A stretch of DNA of 37,273 nt from assembly GCA_045631825.1 (NCBI GenBank), contig JAZQVQ010000169.1, positions 1 through 37,273 of the forward strand. Direction: 5' to 3'. The position numbers were made by a program, and so were the translations under genes. The stretch comes from Eubacteriales bacterium (GTDB taxonomy: Bacteria > Bacillota > Clostridia > Oscillospirales > CAG-382). The notes under the pieces were generated by a model. The model saw only the letters and a list, made by a program, of their open reading frames with translations, ran no database searches and was not told where the DNA came from. Below, in pieces: positions 1 through 9,972 of the stretch. Position 1 is the stretch's first letter. Each line of letters opens with the position of its first letter.

Positions 1-81
1 AGCTCGCCCGTTTTATTGTAGCTCCGCTCGTTTTTGCCCCCGGTAGAACCGGGGGTTTATTTCCACGTCTAAAGACACCAA
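1..81 (-). repeat. Left copy (cut by the window edge) of an 81-nt inverted repeat. Probably the end of an IS200/IS605-like element lying outside the window.
   Basis: The reverse complement of 1..81 matches 37060..37140 at 79/81 positions. It contains the GC hairpin cccccgg-tagaa-ccggggg (37..55). It starts directly after the rubrerythrin terminator, just as the right copy starts directly after another terminator. Confidence 0.6.
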
Positions 82-111
82 TAAAAGCTATACTCGATTG
101 AGTATAGCTTT
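82..111 (-). terminator. Intrinsic terminator of the rubrerythrin gene
   Basis: Perfect 12-bp hairpin aaagctatactc / gagtatagcttt (84..95 / 100..111) with a 4-nt loop. It is followed on the minus strand by a T-rich tail and lies just after the stop codon at 117. Confidence 0.7.
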
Positions 112-116
112 ATGTT

Positions 117-650
117 TTAATAATTCTCTTTTCTTACTTCAAAATAGCTTTGCGGGTGATTACAAACCGGACAAACAACCGGAGCTTTTTTGCCAACCAC
201 AAGATGTCCGCAATTTCTACATTCCCACATAATTTCTTCCGATTTTTCAAAGACTTTTTGCATTTCGAGGTTGTTAAGAAGCTTTAAATATCTTTCCTCG
301 TGTGATTTTTCAATCTTTGCAACCTGTCTGAACTTTTCGGCAAGTTCAGTAAAGCCCTCTTCTTCAGCTTCTTTTGCAAATGTAGAGTACATGTCAGTCC
401 ATTCATAATTCTCGCCATCCGCTGCGGACTTTAAATTAAACTTGGTATCACCAAGACCTGAAAGTGCTTTAAACCAAAGCTTTGCATGTTCCTTTTCATT
501 CTGTGCTGTTTCATTAAAAATTGCGGCAATTTGTTCATAACCTTCTTTTTTTGCAACACTTGCAAAATACGCATACTTATTTGTCGCTTGTGACTCTCCT
601 GCAAAAGCTGCATATAAATTTTTCTCAGTTTTTGAACCTTTCAATTCCAT
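117..650 (-). CDS. rbr: Rubrerythrin (ferritin-like di-iron domain plus C-terminal rubredoxin-like CxxC...CxxC)
   Basis: 177-aa ORF with EKEHAKLW-type di-iron helix motifs and a C-terminal CRNCG...CPVC. An aggaggt RBS lies upstream. Confidence 0.9.
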   Translation of the reverse strand: MELKGSKTEKNLYAAFAGESQATNKYAYFASVAKKEGYEQIAAIFNETAQNEKEHAKLWFKALSGLGDTKFNLKSAADGENYEWTDMYSTFAKEAEEEGFTELAEKFRQVAKIEKSHEERYLKLLNNLEMQKVFEKSEEIMWECRNCGHLVVGKKAPVVCPVCNHPQSYFEVRKENY

Positions 651-716
651 AAATTCAACCTCCTTAAATTTTATTATTCAACAAGTAGTTTACACGCTTT
701 ACCAAAAATTATTAAG

Positions 717-1988
717 CTAATTTTCGCTGACAAGCTTTATATTTGCACCGACTTCTTTTAATTTACCGACAATATCTTCATATCCTCTTTGTATATGACG
801 GATATTATCAATTTCAGTTATACCGGTTGCAGCAAGTCCTGCTATTATAAGAGCAGCACCCGCACGTAAATCACACGCGGTTACCGGTGCTCCAAACAGC
901 TTGGCACCACCATCAAACTGTGCCATTTTACCATCTGTAACCTTTATTGATGCACCCATTCTTAAAAGTTCATCGACATACTTGAATCTGTTATCCCATA
1001 CGCCCTCACGCATTGTAGACTCAGTAGAAGCCATACACATAAGCACACCCATCTGCGGATTCATATCGGTCGGGAAACCGGGATAAGGAAGTGTTTTTAT
1101 CTTGATTCCATCAAACGGACCTTTGTATGCCACTCTAACCGAATTATCAAATTCCTCAACCTCGATGCCCATTTCAATAAGCTTTGAGCTTAATGATTCA
1201 AGGTGCTTTGGTATAACATTATTTATCATAAGCTCGCCCTTGGTTGCCGCTGCGGCAATCATATATGTACCTGCTTCAATCATATCGGGGATTATTTCAT
1301 AATGAACACCATGAAGTTCTTCAACACCACGAATTTTAATTACATCAGTTCCTGCTCCTGAAATATCTGCTCCTGAGGCATTCAGAAAGTTTGCAAGGTC
1401 AACTACGTGCGGTTCTCTTGCCGCATTTTCAATTATAGTTGTACCCTGTGCCTTAACTGCCGCCAGAATGACATTAATTGTTGCACCAACAGAAACAATG
1501 TCCATATAAACAGAATTTGCGTATAATGCACCTTCCGGCGTTGTTATGTTGATATATCCACCATTCTGAATCTCCACCTTTGCTCCGAGAGATTCAAAAC
1601 CTTTTATATGCTGATCTATAGGTCTTGCACCAATTTCACAACCGCCAGGATATGCTGCTCTTGCCTTACCGAACCTGCCAAGCTCCGCACCAAGAATATA
1701 GTATGATGCACGCATTTTCTTAACAAGGTCATATGGTGCAATTCCGGGTTTTATATTAGTTGTATCAATTTCAAAAGTTGATTTATCTATTTGTTTAATA
1801 ACTGCACCGACCTGTGTTAAAATTTCAAACGAATCATTAACGTCACTAATCATCGGTATGTTTTCAAGAACACACTTACCCTCTGTAAGTATTGTTCCAA
1901 ATATTATAGCAACAGCAGCATTTTTCATACCACTGACATCTATACAGCCATGTAATGGTTTACCACCCTCAATGACAAATTTATCCAT
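717..1988 (-). CDS. murA: UDP-N-acetylglucosamine 1-carboxyvinyltransferase
   Basis: Full-length MurA-like sequence (MDKFVIEGGKPLHG..., GGCEIGARPIDQH, DLRAGAALIIAGL). I chose the ATG at 1988 rather than the TTG at 2006 in the ORF track. Confidence 0.93.
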   Translation of the reverse strand: MDKFVIEGGKPLHGCIDVSGMKNAAVAIIFGTILTEGKCVLENIPMISDVNDSFEILTQVGAVIKQIDKSTFEIDTTNIKPGIAPYDLVKKMRASYYILGAELGRFGKARAAYPGGCEIGARPIDQHIKGFESLGAKVEIQNGGYINITTPEGALYANSVYMDIVSVGATINVILAAVKAQGTTIIENAAREPHVVDLANFLNASGADISGAGTDVIKIRGVEELHGVHYEIIPDMIEAGTYMIAAAATKGELMINNVIPKHLESLSSKLIEMGIEVEEFDNSVRVAYKGPFDGIKIKTLPYPGFPTDMNPQMGVLMCMASTESTMREGVWDNRFKYVDELLRMGASIKVTDGKMAQFDGGAKLFGAPVTACDLRAGAALIIAGLAATGITEIDNIRHIQRGYEDIVGKLKEVGANIKLVSEN

Positions 1989-2126
1989 CAGAAGACAAAC
2001 CTCCAAACAAGTTTTAGTCTATATACATTTAAAGAAATATTTTATATACAATATAACCATTATATTATATCATACACTAATAAAAAATGGAATAGCTTTG
2101 TTAAAGATTTTTATTTTTTGTGCAAT

Positions 2127-3032
2127 TTACTCAAAAATGGCATCAAAATACTCACTTTGATATAAATTGAATTTATCACGATATTGTATTTTCCACGTAG
2201 GAATATAGTAGTATACGTCCTCATTAACCTGTTTCAAGGTATAGACAATTTTTTGTGAGTTTATCTCTGACACGCTCTTAAGTGGCAACTTATACAATAT
2301 ATCTGCTCCGTCAATAAGCGGTTCACGATATTGCTTACCCACATCAAAAACAATCCATTTACCCGAAGCATAAACAACACGATTATCATATATCGCAAGT
2401 TTCAAGTTTGTATCTTTTATGTCCTGTCCGTCAAGCATTTGTACAAGGCTTGCATATAAAAATCCATCATCAATATTTACATTTTCAATTTTATAGCTAT
2501 ACAGTTTACCATTATTCAACATCGAAACAAATTTTTCAATGATATTTTCAACTAGCAAATCAATTATAATATTTTTTTGGGAAAACTTATAGTTTTGAAT
2601 AGTTTTTGTTTCGTTTTTTGCTTCTTCATCTATAAATTCAAATACGAAATCACACTGTGAATACACAACTTTAAACAATTCCTTACTATCCGAATACACC
2701 CCGACAGAAAGCCCTTCGGGAGTTTCAAAACACGTTGTCGAGGTATTCTGATTTTTATAAACTTCAGAAGCAATATTCTTTGCAAGATTTACAGCACTTT
2801 CTTCTGAGTATTCAGCTTTTAAAGAATAAATACTGTTGGTTGGTATTTCCTCTTTAATTAAACTCTCGCCGAGTTTGATCCCTCTTGAATTCAAATTAGT
2901 TTGCACCTGTGATATATAATCCTCATCCAAATAGTTTTGTTTTGCTCTGGTACTTAAATACAAAACACTAAACAAAATACTAAGAAATGCAAAAACTATA
3001 GCAAGAAATATACAGAGTTTTTTAGTTTCCAT
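2127..3032 (-). CDS. Hypothetical N-terminally membrane-anchored protein (about 301 aa)
   Basis: METKKLCIFLAIVFAFLSILFSVLYL is a single TM helix and the rest is predicted extracytoplasmic. A ggagaat RBS precedes the ATG at 3032. It starts 11 nt after the upstream ORF stop. No motif was recognised. Confidence 0.6.
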   Translation of the reverse strand: METKKLCIFLAIVFAFLSILFSVLYLSTRAKQNYLDEDYISQVQTNLNSRGIKLGESLIKEEIPTNSIYSLKAEYSEESAVNLAKNIASEVYKNQNTSTTCFETPEGLSVGVYSDSKELFKVVYSQCDFVFEFIDEEAKNETKTIQNYKFSQKNIIIDLLVENIIEKFVSMLNNGKLYSYKIENVNIDDGFLYASLVQMLDGQDIKDTNLKLAIYDNRVVYASGKWIVFDVGKQYREPLIDGADILYKLPLKSVSEINSQKIVYTLKQVNEDVYYYIPTWKIQYRDKFNLYQSEYFDAIFE

Positions 3033-3042
3033 ATTAATTCTC

Positions 3043-4428
3043 CTATTCTTCTGATACTGAATATGCCCATTGTGGTACATAACAATCCTTTTGTTCTGTT
3101 TCTACAAGTGTTGCGTAACAAGACATAAGGTTTTTTGTTTTTTCCAAAACAGGAACATATACCTTCTGAGGAACCAGCATTGAATATTCATTGGTTCTTA
3201 TGCAATTTAGTGTATACAGATTAGCACTGACAAGATAATTATCCTTTATATCAAAGGTTGCATCTGCATTGTTATTATTTACAAGAATCATACCATCACA
3301 AAAATATTTAAGATTTACCGTAAGCACTGATTCTTTATCATCAAACGTAGCAGATACAATTCCAAGAACAGCATCTCCGCCAAGCATTTTGGCATCAAGC
3401 GAATTTATAATGTTTTTTATAGCTATAATCTTATCCGAAAATGCATAGCTATTACTATCTTCCGGGTGGTACCCTAAAAACTCCATCAGATTAACTCCGG
3501 ATTCATATGATTTATAATTTATATGACCATTATTATCTATACTGATTTCGTTTGTACCATCGACATAATTAAGAACATTACCGTCACTTGAAGTAAAGCT
3601 TTTAACAAGATTATCGTTGATTTTAAACAAATCAAATAATTTATTTGTCTGGGATTCAAACTGACGATAGTAATTGACATCTCGTGAAACAGTTACTGTA
3701 AAATTATTTGTAATCATACTATCACAAAAAACAGGGGTTGTATCATACTTATCCAGATAAGAAAAAGTTAACAACAACTCTGTATCATTATATGCTTCAA
3801 ATTGACTACTGTTAAAAGGAGTGTCCTGCAAGGGTTTGAGTACATAAACATCCCCTACTGAATTTACCGCAGAAGCCATCATATTTCTCTGTAAATCAGG
3901 ATATATAAACAATTTATTTAGAGAAAAAAGCATTTCTATATCTTTCTTCTGATAGTCTTTAGCAACTGAAGGCAAAATCACCGATGCAGGCATATCGTTA
4001 TAAAAAGTCATTACAAAATATGATTCCATATTTTTTATATTATTAAAATAGTCTTTTTTCTGAGCCTCAGTATCAAAGTTTACATTTTCACAAGTACCCG
4101 TAAACAGTTTAACGATACTCTCATTTGCATATTCCTGAAGTTTTGCCCGTATATCCTTTGAATAAGCCGCTGCAAACAAATGATTCTTGACTTTAAATCC
4201 CATAAAAACAGGCTCTATAAGGCTATTGTTTTTTTCAATATTATTTGATGATGCCGAACGCAGTACCACTCTTTTATCATTTACCGGCATTGAAGACAAC
4301 GAAGCAGAGTTACCATTTATTTTAATATTTATGTATCTTCCGCAGTTGAAAAGCATTAAAACAAACAAAAGTGCAACAACAATTATCAATAGTTTTTCGG
4401 AAAATCTCTCTTTATCAAACTTTAACAC
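3043..4428 (-). CDS. Hypothetical N-terminally membrane-anchored protein (about 461 aa)
   Basis: Long ORF with one TM helix (KLLIIVVALLFVLMLF). The likely start is the GTG at 4428, 8 nt after aggag. The track start at 4455 is a TTG with no RBS. No catalytic motif was recognised. Confidence 0.55.
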   Translation of the reverse strand: MLKFDKERFSEKLLIIVVALLFVLMLFNCGRYINIKINGNSASLSSMPVNDKRVVLRSASSNNIEKNNSLIEPVFMGFKVKNHLFAAAYSKDIRAKLQEYANESIVKLFTGTCENVNFDTEAQKKDYFNNIKNMESYFVMTFYNDMPASVILPSVAKDYQKKDIEMLFSLNKLFIYPDLQRNMMASAVNSVGDVYVLKPLQDTPFNSSQFEAYNDTELLLTFSYLDKYDTTPVFCDSMITNNFTVTVSRDVNYYRQFESQTNKLFDLFKINDNLVKSFTSSDGNVLNYVDGTNEISIDNNGHINYKSYESGVNLMEFLGYHPEDSNSYAFSDKIIAIKNIINSLDAKMLGGDAVLGIVSATFDDKESVLTVNLKYFCDGMILVNNNNADATFDIKDNYLVSANLYTLNCIRTNEYSMLVPQKVYVPVLEKTKNLMSCYATLVETEQKDCYVPQWAYSVSEE

Positions 4429-4502
4429 AACTCTCACTCCTATCTCATAAGTCAAAGCGACACTAACGGTACCAAAATGGTATCGTCAGCATCGCTCTAT
4501 CT

Positions 4503-4850
4503 TTATATATCTTTTAAAATCTGTGCGATTCTTGCACCGTGTTCCATTCCCTCATCGTAAATAAAAGTAAGCTCAGGAGTAACACGCATATTCAATCTTG
4601 AAGACAACTCACGTCTTACAAAACCACTTGCAGATTCAAGCCCTTTTTTTACTTCCTTAACATCTGCGTTCAAAACACTGTAGTGAACTTTGCAATACTT
4701 CAAATCAGCAGTCGTTTCTGTTCTGGTTATGCTTATGAATGCATTTGCAATTCTTGGGTCTTTGACCTCTTTGAGTATATACATAAGCTCATGTGCAATT
4801 TCTTCGTTAGCTCTAACCGAATGGAACGATCCTTTTCTTTTAGTAGGCAT
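4503..4850 (-). CDS. rbfA: Ribosome-binding factor A
   Basis: 115-aa ORF with RbfA-like sequence (RANEEIAHELMYILKE...DPR, TPELTFIYD), in the canonical position after infB. Confidence 0.9.
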   Translation of the reverse strand: MPTKRKGSFHSVRANEEIAHELMYILKEVKDPRIANAFISITRTETTADLKYCKVHYSVLNADVKEVKKGLESASGFVRRELSSRLNMRVTPELTFIYDEGMEHGARIAQILKDI

Positions 4851-4870
4851 TTAATACCTCCATAAACTTT

Positions 4871-7800
4871 TTATTTTTCGCGTTTAACTTCTTCCATTAC
4901 GAATGCTTCAAGAATATCATTATCCTTAATGTCATTAAAGCGTTCAAGTGCAATACCACACTCATACCCTTGGGCAACTTCCTTGACATCGTCCTTAAAG
5001 CGTTTGAGAGAAGATATTTTATCTTCAAATATAACAACACCATCTCTTACTACTCTTATCTGAGATGCTCTGGTTATCTTACCATCCTGAACATAAGAAC
5101 CTGCAACAAATCCTATGCCGGGTACATGAATTGTCTTTCTAACCTGAGCGTGACCAAGTACAACCTCTTTGAATTCAGGATCGAGCATACCATTGATTGC
5201 CGCAGTGATTTCTTCAATGCACTCATAAATAACTCTATAAGTTCTTATATCGACATTCTGGGCACTTGCAGAGTCCATAGCACCCTTATCAGGTCTTACG
5301 TTAAATCCTACTACGATAGCATTTGATGCGGAAGCAAGCATTACGTCACTCTCGGTAATTCCACCTACAGCAGAATGTATAACCTTAACCTTAACTTCTT
5401 CATTTGACAATTTTTCGAGTGATGACTTAACGGCTTCAGCAGAACCCTGTACGTCAGCCTTAACAATTATTGCAAGGTCTTTTACACCCTCCGACATCTG
5501 ATCAAACAATGTATCAAGAGATACCTTTGCATTTGCCTTGAAGACTTCCTCTTTTGCCTTGTTCTTTCTCTGTTCAACAAGTTCCTTAGCCATTCTTTCG
5601 TCAGCTACTACTCTGAATTCATCTCCACCCTCGGGAGCTTCGGAAAGACCTGTTATTTCAACAGGTACAGACGGACCCGCTTCCTTAATATTCTTTCCGG
5701 TGTAATCACACATAGCTCTTACGTGTCCCACAGCCGTGCCTGCAATAACAACATCGCCTCTGTGAAGTGTACCTTTTTGTACAAGCACAGTTGCCACAGG
5801 GCCTCTACCTCTGTCAAGCTTTGCCTCGATAACAATACCTCTTGCAGGACACTTGGAATTTGATTTGAGTTCCTTCATATCCGCAACTAAAAGTACCATT
5901 TCAAGAAGTTCTTCGATACCTTGTCTTTTAAGTGCAGAAACCGGAACACAAATTGTATCTCCTCCCCACTCTTCAGGCACAAGCTCGTACGTTGTAAGAT
6001 TCTGTTTTACATTTTCAATATTAGCACTGGGTTTATCAACCTTGTTGATTGCAACGATTATTGAAATTCCCGCAGCTTTTGCGTGATTTATGGCTTCTAT
6101 TGTCTGAGGCATAATTCCATCGTCGGCGGCAACGACAAGAATTGCAATATCGGTTGCCTGTGCTCCTCTTGCACGCATTGCCGTAAAGGCTTCATGTCCA
6201 GGAGTATCAAGGAAAGTAATATCTCTGTCATTTATTCTTACTCTATAAGCACCGATATGCTGAGTAATACCACCTGCTTCTCCGGATGTGACATTTGTAT
6301 GTCTGATTGCATCAAGAAGCGATGTCTTACCATGGTCAACGTGTCCCATAACACAAACAACAGGGCTTCTGGGCTCGTCGTCGGGGAAATTGGACTCCTG
6401 TTCATCATCGGCAAAAAGCTTATCCTCGATTGAAAGCACAACTTCCTTTTCTGCAACAATACCCATTTCATCTGCAAGAAGATATGCTGTATCGAAATCT
6501 ACGATTTTATTTGCACCAACCGCATCCATTCCCAGTCCCATAGCAAGAAGTTTCTTTATAACCTCTCCGGTTGTAATTTTCAAAGCTGCGGCCAGGTCTG
6601 AAATCATAATTTCATCGGGAATTACAACCGGTCCTGTAAATTTCTTTACTGGCTCTGCAGGTGCTGCGTTTTTTGCTTGCTTATTCTTTTTGTTTTTATT
6701 GCCACTTGTCATAAAATCGCGTGCGGCACTTTCATTTCTGTTTATACGGCCGTTTGCATTTTTCTGAATACCCATTGACTGTTTTTTCTTTGATGGTTTT
6801 GAGTTTATCTCATTATTCAATGCATCCGGTATGAGATTGTCAAGTCTTTCATCGTATTTAGACAAATCAACCTCATGTGTTCTTATATCGACAACAACCT
6901 TTCCTGTGCTATCAGCAACAGGTGTTGCTCCCTGGATTCTTTCACCGGCATAGCGGCTTCTGATATGACCATCTTTATCAAAAACAGGCTTTAAGCTGGG
7001 CTGACGAACTGATTGAGAATCCTCGTCCCCATCTTTATTCTGGTTAAATTGTTGTTTTTGATACTTGGGCTTCTGTGGTTGACGCTGTTGTGTGTTCTGG
7101 TCAAGGTTTACAAATCCATCTTTGGTAAACTTGACATTTGTATATTTATCAAATCTTTCAACATGGTCAAACTTCGGATAATGCTCTAAATTCTTACCTT
7201 CCTGCTTGGCAAGCTGAGCACCCTCCTTTGAAATTTTACTGATTTGTTTTTCTAATTGTCTTTCAGTAAGCTGACTATTCTGTCCAAACCTCTGCTGACC
7301 GCTATTAGCAGAATAAGGACGGGACTGATTATTAAAAGCCAGTTTTTTATTAGGGTCAAAAGGCTTACGTACCTGGTTATTTCCATTTCCATTAGCATTA
7401 TTTGACACATAACCATTCTGAGTCTTGACAAAAGGTTTCTTTTGTACAAAATCGGCAGATGTATTGTTTGTATTTACAGGTGCTTTGGGTTTTGCAACTG
7501 TTTTTTGTGCTTCTTCAGTTTTATTCTGTTCAGCTTTTTCGGCAGTTATTGAAGTAACCTTAGAAGTTAAATCGTCTGAAGGCTTTACTTCCTGAGCCTT
7601 TTTGGATTCAGCAGTCTCAGTCTTATTATCTTCTGCTTTTTCAGGTTTTGTATCCTTAGTTTTTTCAGCTTTATCTTCAGGCTTCTCTGTGGAAAGATAA
7701 GAACCTATATCTTCAACATTACTCTGCATCAGATAATGATGTAAAACTACATTGAGTTCATCGTGTTCAAGAGACGAAGACGATGACTTTCCATCTATTC

Positions 7801-7894
7801 CCTTATCCTTGAGTAATTCTACTATCTCCTTACTCTTTATACCTAAATCTTTTGCAAAACCACTTATTTTTATTTTTTGATTGGCAACTGGCAT
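4871..7894 (-). CDS. infB: Translation initiation factor IF-2 (1007 aa, long low-complexity N-terminal region)
   Basis: G domain [26 protein letters not shown]. The C-terminal IF-2 domains are conserved. The ATG at 7892..7894 overlaps the ylxQ stop codon by 1 nt. Confidence 0.97.
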   Translation of the reverse strand: MPVANQKIKISGFAKDLGIKSKEIVELLKDKGIDGKSSSSSLEHDELNVVLHHYLMQSNVEDIGSYLSTEKPEDKAEKTKDTKPEKAEDNKTETAESKKAQEVKPSDDLTSKVTSITAEKAEQNKTEEAQKTVAKPKAPVNTNNTSADFVQKKPFVKTQNGYVSNNANGNGNNQVRKPFDPNKKLAFNNQSRPYSANSGQQRFGQNSQLTERQLEKQISKISKEGAQLAKQEGKNLEHYPKFDHVERFDKYTNVKFTKDGFVNLDQNTQQRQPQKPKYQKQQFNQNKDGDEDSQSVRQPSLKPVFDKDGHIRSRYAGERIQGATPVADSTGKVVVDIRTHEVDLSKYDERLDNLIPDALNNEINSKPSKKKQSMGIQKNANGRINRNESAARDFMTSGNKNKKNKQAKNAAPAEPVKKFTGPVVIPDEIMISDLAAALKITTGEVIKKLLAMGLGMDAVGANKIVDFDTAYLLADEMGIVAEKEVVLSIEDKLFADDEQESNFPDDEPRSPVVCVMGHVDHGKTSLLDAIRHTNVTSGEAGGITQHIGAYRVRINDRDITFLDTPGHEAFTAMRARGAQATDIAILVVAADDGIMPQTIEAINHAKAAGISIIVAINKVDKPSANIENVKQNLTTYELVPEEWGGDTICVPVSALKRQGIEELLEMVLLVADMKELKSNSKCPARGIVIEAKLDRGRGPVATVLVQKGTLHRGDVVIAGTAVGHVRAMCDYTGKNIKEAGPSVPVEITGLSEAPEGGDEFRVVADERMAKELVEQRKNKAKEEVFKANAKVSLDTLFDQMSEGVKDLAIIVKADVQGSAEAVKSSLEKLSNEEVKVKVIHSAVGGITESDVMLASASNAIVVGFNVRPDKGAMDSASAQNVDIRTYRVIYECIEEITAAINGMLDPEFKEVVLGHAQVRKTIHVPGIGFVAGSYVQDGKITRASQIRVVRDGVVIFEDKISSLKRFKDDVKEVAQGYECGIALERFNDIKDNDILEAFVMEEVKREK

Positions 7895-8265
7895 TATTTA
7901 TGCACCTCCGTAAAACGTGTGTGTATTTCTACGTAAATTTTCTCAACTATCTTTACAAAGCTTTTGTCGGCAATCACCGCACAGGAAACCCCTGCCTTTT
8001 TGCCAAGTTTTTTTCCCAGAAACTCCTTGGAACATGGCAAAACAATTAAATGTACATTATGATAATTACACGAATCTGTTATCCTTTTTCTTGTATTATC
8101 AGAAACATCCGATGGCATAAACGCAAGTGCTGCTTTTTTTGCTCGGATACTGTCAACAGACAAATCCGTTCCAACAATACATTTACCTGCCTTGAGAGCA
8201 AGCCCCAAAGCCATAACGATTCTTTCAAGGGCTTCGGTAAGCTCAGCTTCAGCAAAATCAAGCAT
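7894..8265 (-). CDS. ylxQ: L7Ae-family RNA-binding protein, YlxQ-like
   Basis: [14 protein letters not shown]...[16 protein letters not shown] pattern typical of YlxQ/L7Ae, placed between ylxR and infB. Confidence 0.8.
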   Translation of the reverse strand: MLDFAEAELTEALERIVMALGLALKAGKCIVGTDLSVDSIRAKKAALAFMPSDVSDNTRKRITDSCNYHNVHLIVLPCSKEFLGKKLGKKAGVSCAVIADKSFVKIVEKIYVEIHTRFTEVHK

Positions 8266-8545
8266 TATTTTCCACCTCTGAAAGTATATTTTTCATTTGC
8301 TCATATATGCTTTCAGGAACTTCTGTCTCAAGAGACCTGTCAAGTCTCTTTGATTTCAAGGCTTTTTCAAGGCATTTTAGATTAGGACAAATATACGCCC
8401 CTCTTCCCGAAACCTTACCAGTGTTGTCGAGCAAAACATTTCCATCCGGTTTTCTAACAACCCTTACAAGCTCTTTTTTGGGGTGTTTTTCATTACATCC
8501 CATACATTTGCGTTCTGGGATTTTTTTTGTTATATTATGCGGCAT
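8258..8545 (-). CDS. ylxR: YlxR/DUF448 family RNA-binding protein
   Basis: RKCMGCNEKHPKKELVRVV...GRGAYICP motif typical of YlxR, immediately downstream of nusA. Confidence 0.85.
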   Translation of the reverse strand: MPHNITKKIPERKCMGCNEKHPKKELVRVVRKPDGNVLLDNTGKVSGRGAYICPNLKCLEKALKSKRLDRSLETEVPESIYEQMKNILSEVENNA

Positions 8546-8631
8546 TTGATGTTAAGTGTAAATACACTTTTCCTCCTGAAAAGAAATACACAAACAGTGT
8601 TATAAATTACAATGTTACTACAGTCAGACTA

Positions 8632-9933
8632 TTATTCTTCGTCCGAATTATCCTTTAGAGCTTCTGCAAGCTTACCACCAAAGGAGCTTGCTGCCTCGTT
8701 TTTGCCCTCAATAATATCACTGAAAGCAGCTGCACGGACGGCAGATACACTCTTTATATCTATCTTATTATATCCTGTAAGTCTCGCAGCAAGTCTTGCG
8801 TTCTGTCCTTCTTTACCTATTGCGAGTGACAGCTGATCATCTTCAACAAGAACATAGCATGAACGTTCTCCCGTTTCTGTAACTGAAACAACCTGTGCAG
8901 GAGAAAGTGCAGCACGAATGAAATCCTTCGGTGATTCGCTGTATTTAATAATATCTATCTTTTCACCCTTAATTTCATTTGTAATATTGTTCTTTCTTAT
9001 TCCTCTTGCACCGATACAAGAACCGATAGGATCGACATTTGGGTCTCTTGAATAAACCGCTATCTTTGTTCTTGAACCAGCTTCTCTTGAGATTGCTTTG
9101 ATTATAACAGTTCCGTCCTGAATTTCGGGAACTTCAAGTTCAAAGAGACGTTTAACCAAATCTGCATGTTTTCTTGAAAGTACAACAGACGGACCTTTTG
9201 TTTCCTTTTTGATTACTGTTACATATACCTTTATCTTATCGCCCTCGGTAAGAATTTCTCCGGGTATCTGTTCGTTCTTAAAGAGAGTAACCTGATTTTT
9301 ACCAAGTTCAAGAATAGCATTTCCTGTAACAGGGTCTACCTTTGAAACGATAGCCGTGACAATCTCGCCCTTTTTGCTTTCATATTCTTTTATCATTATA
9401 TCACGTTCAGCTTCTCTGATACCCTGAATGATAACCTGTTTTGCAGTCTGTGCAGAAATTCTACCAAAGTTTTTGGGCTTCACTTCAATTTCTACAACAT
9501 CACCAATGTTATACTTTTTGCCAATCTCACGTGCGGCTTCAAGAGTAATTTCAGTCTTTTCGTTGAAAATATGTTTTCTTGTACGTACTACTTTTTCTTC
9601 TGAATCCGTTTCATCATTTCCAGCATCTTGCTCTGTCAAAGGTTCTTCATCCTCTGTTACTTCAGCATCATTAAAATCAGATTCGTCCTGCTCATCGGAC
9701 AAAAATTCCTCCTCCGGAATTTCCTCCTCAGCCTCGGGGTCAACAACCAGTAGCTGCTTATAAACTCTGACATCCTTCTTTACCGGATCCAGAACAACTC
9801 TGACATTTGTAAATCCATTATCCTTCTTAAAAGCACTTACAAGAGCAGCTTCAACTCTTTCAATCATAAACTCTTTGGGTATACCCTTTTCTTTTTCCAA
9901 AAGATCAAGGGCTTTAAAAAATTCCGCATTCAT
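8632..9933 (-). CDS. nusA: Transcription termination/antitermination factor NusA (433 aa, with an acidic insertion)
   Basis: NusA N-terminal domain, S1 domain (GDVVEIEVKPKNFGRISAQTAKQV) and KH domains (PIGSCIGARGIR, AIGKEGQNARLAARLTG). Confidence 0.95.
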   Translation of the reverse strand: MNAEFFKALDLLEKEKGIPKEFMIERVEAALVSAFKKDNGFTNVRVVLDPVKKDVRVYKQLLVVDPEAEEEIPEEEFLSDEQDESDFNDAEVTEDEEPLTEQDAGNDETDSEEKVVRTRKHIFNEKTEITLEAAREIGKKYNIGDVVEIEVKPKNFGRISAQTAKQVIIQGIREAERDIMIKEYESKKGEIVTAIVSKVDPVTGNAILELGKNQVTLFKNEQIPGEILTEGDKIKVYVTVIKKETKGPSVVLSRKHADLVKRLFELEVPEIQDGTVIIKAISREAGSRTKIAVYSRDPNVDPIGSCIGARGIRKNNITNEIKGEKIDIIKYSESPKDFIRAALSPAQVVSVTETGERSCYVLVEDDQLSLAIGKEGQNARLAARLTGYNKIDIKSVSAVRAAAFSDIIEGKNEAASSFGGKLAEALKDNSDEE

Positions 9934-9972
9934 TATCGGACATCCTCCTAAAATTTTTATATACTTAACTTT

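Noticed and set aside
6288-6767. A 159-aa plus-strand ORF antisense to infB. Similar antisense ORFs are 13699..14163 (+) in cca, 22932..23405 (-) in tyrA, 26523..26951 (-) in aroC and 18186..18659 (+).
   Set aside because: They are mirror ORFs inside strongly motif-supported genes. They have low-complexity translations and no RBS or independent signals.
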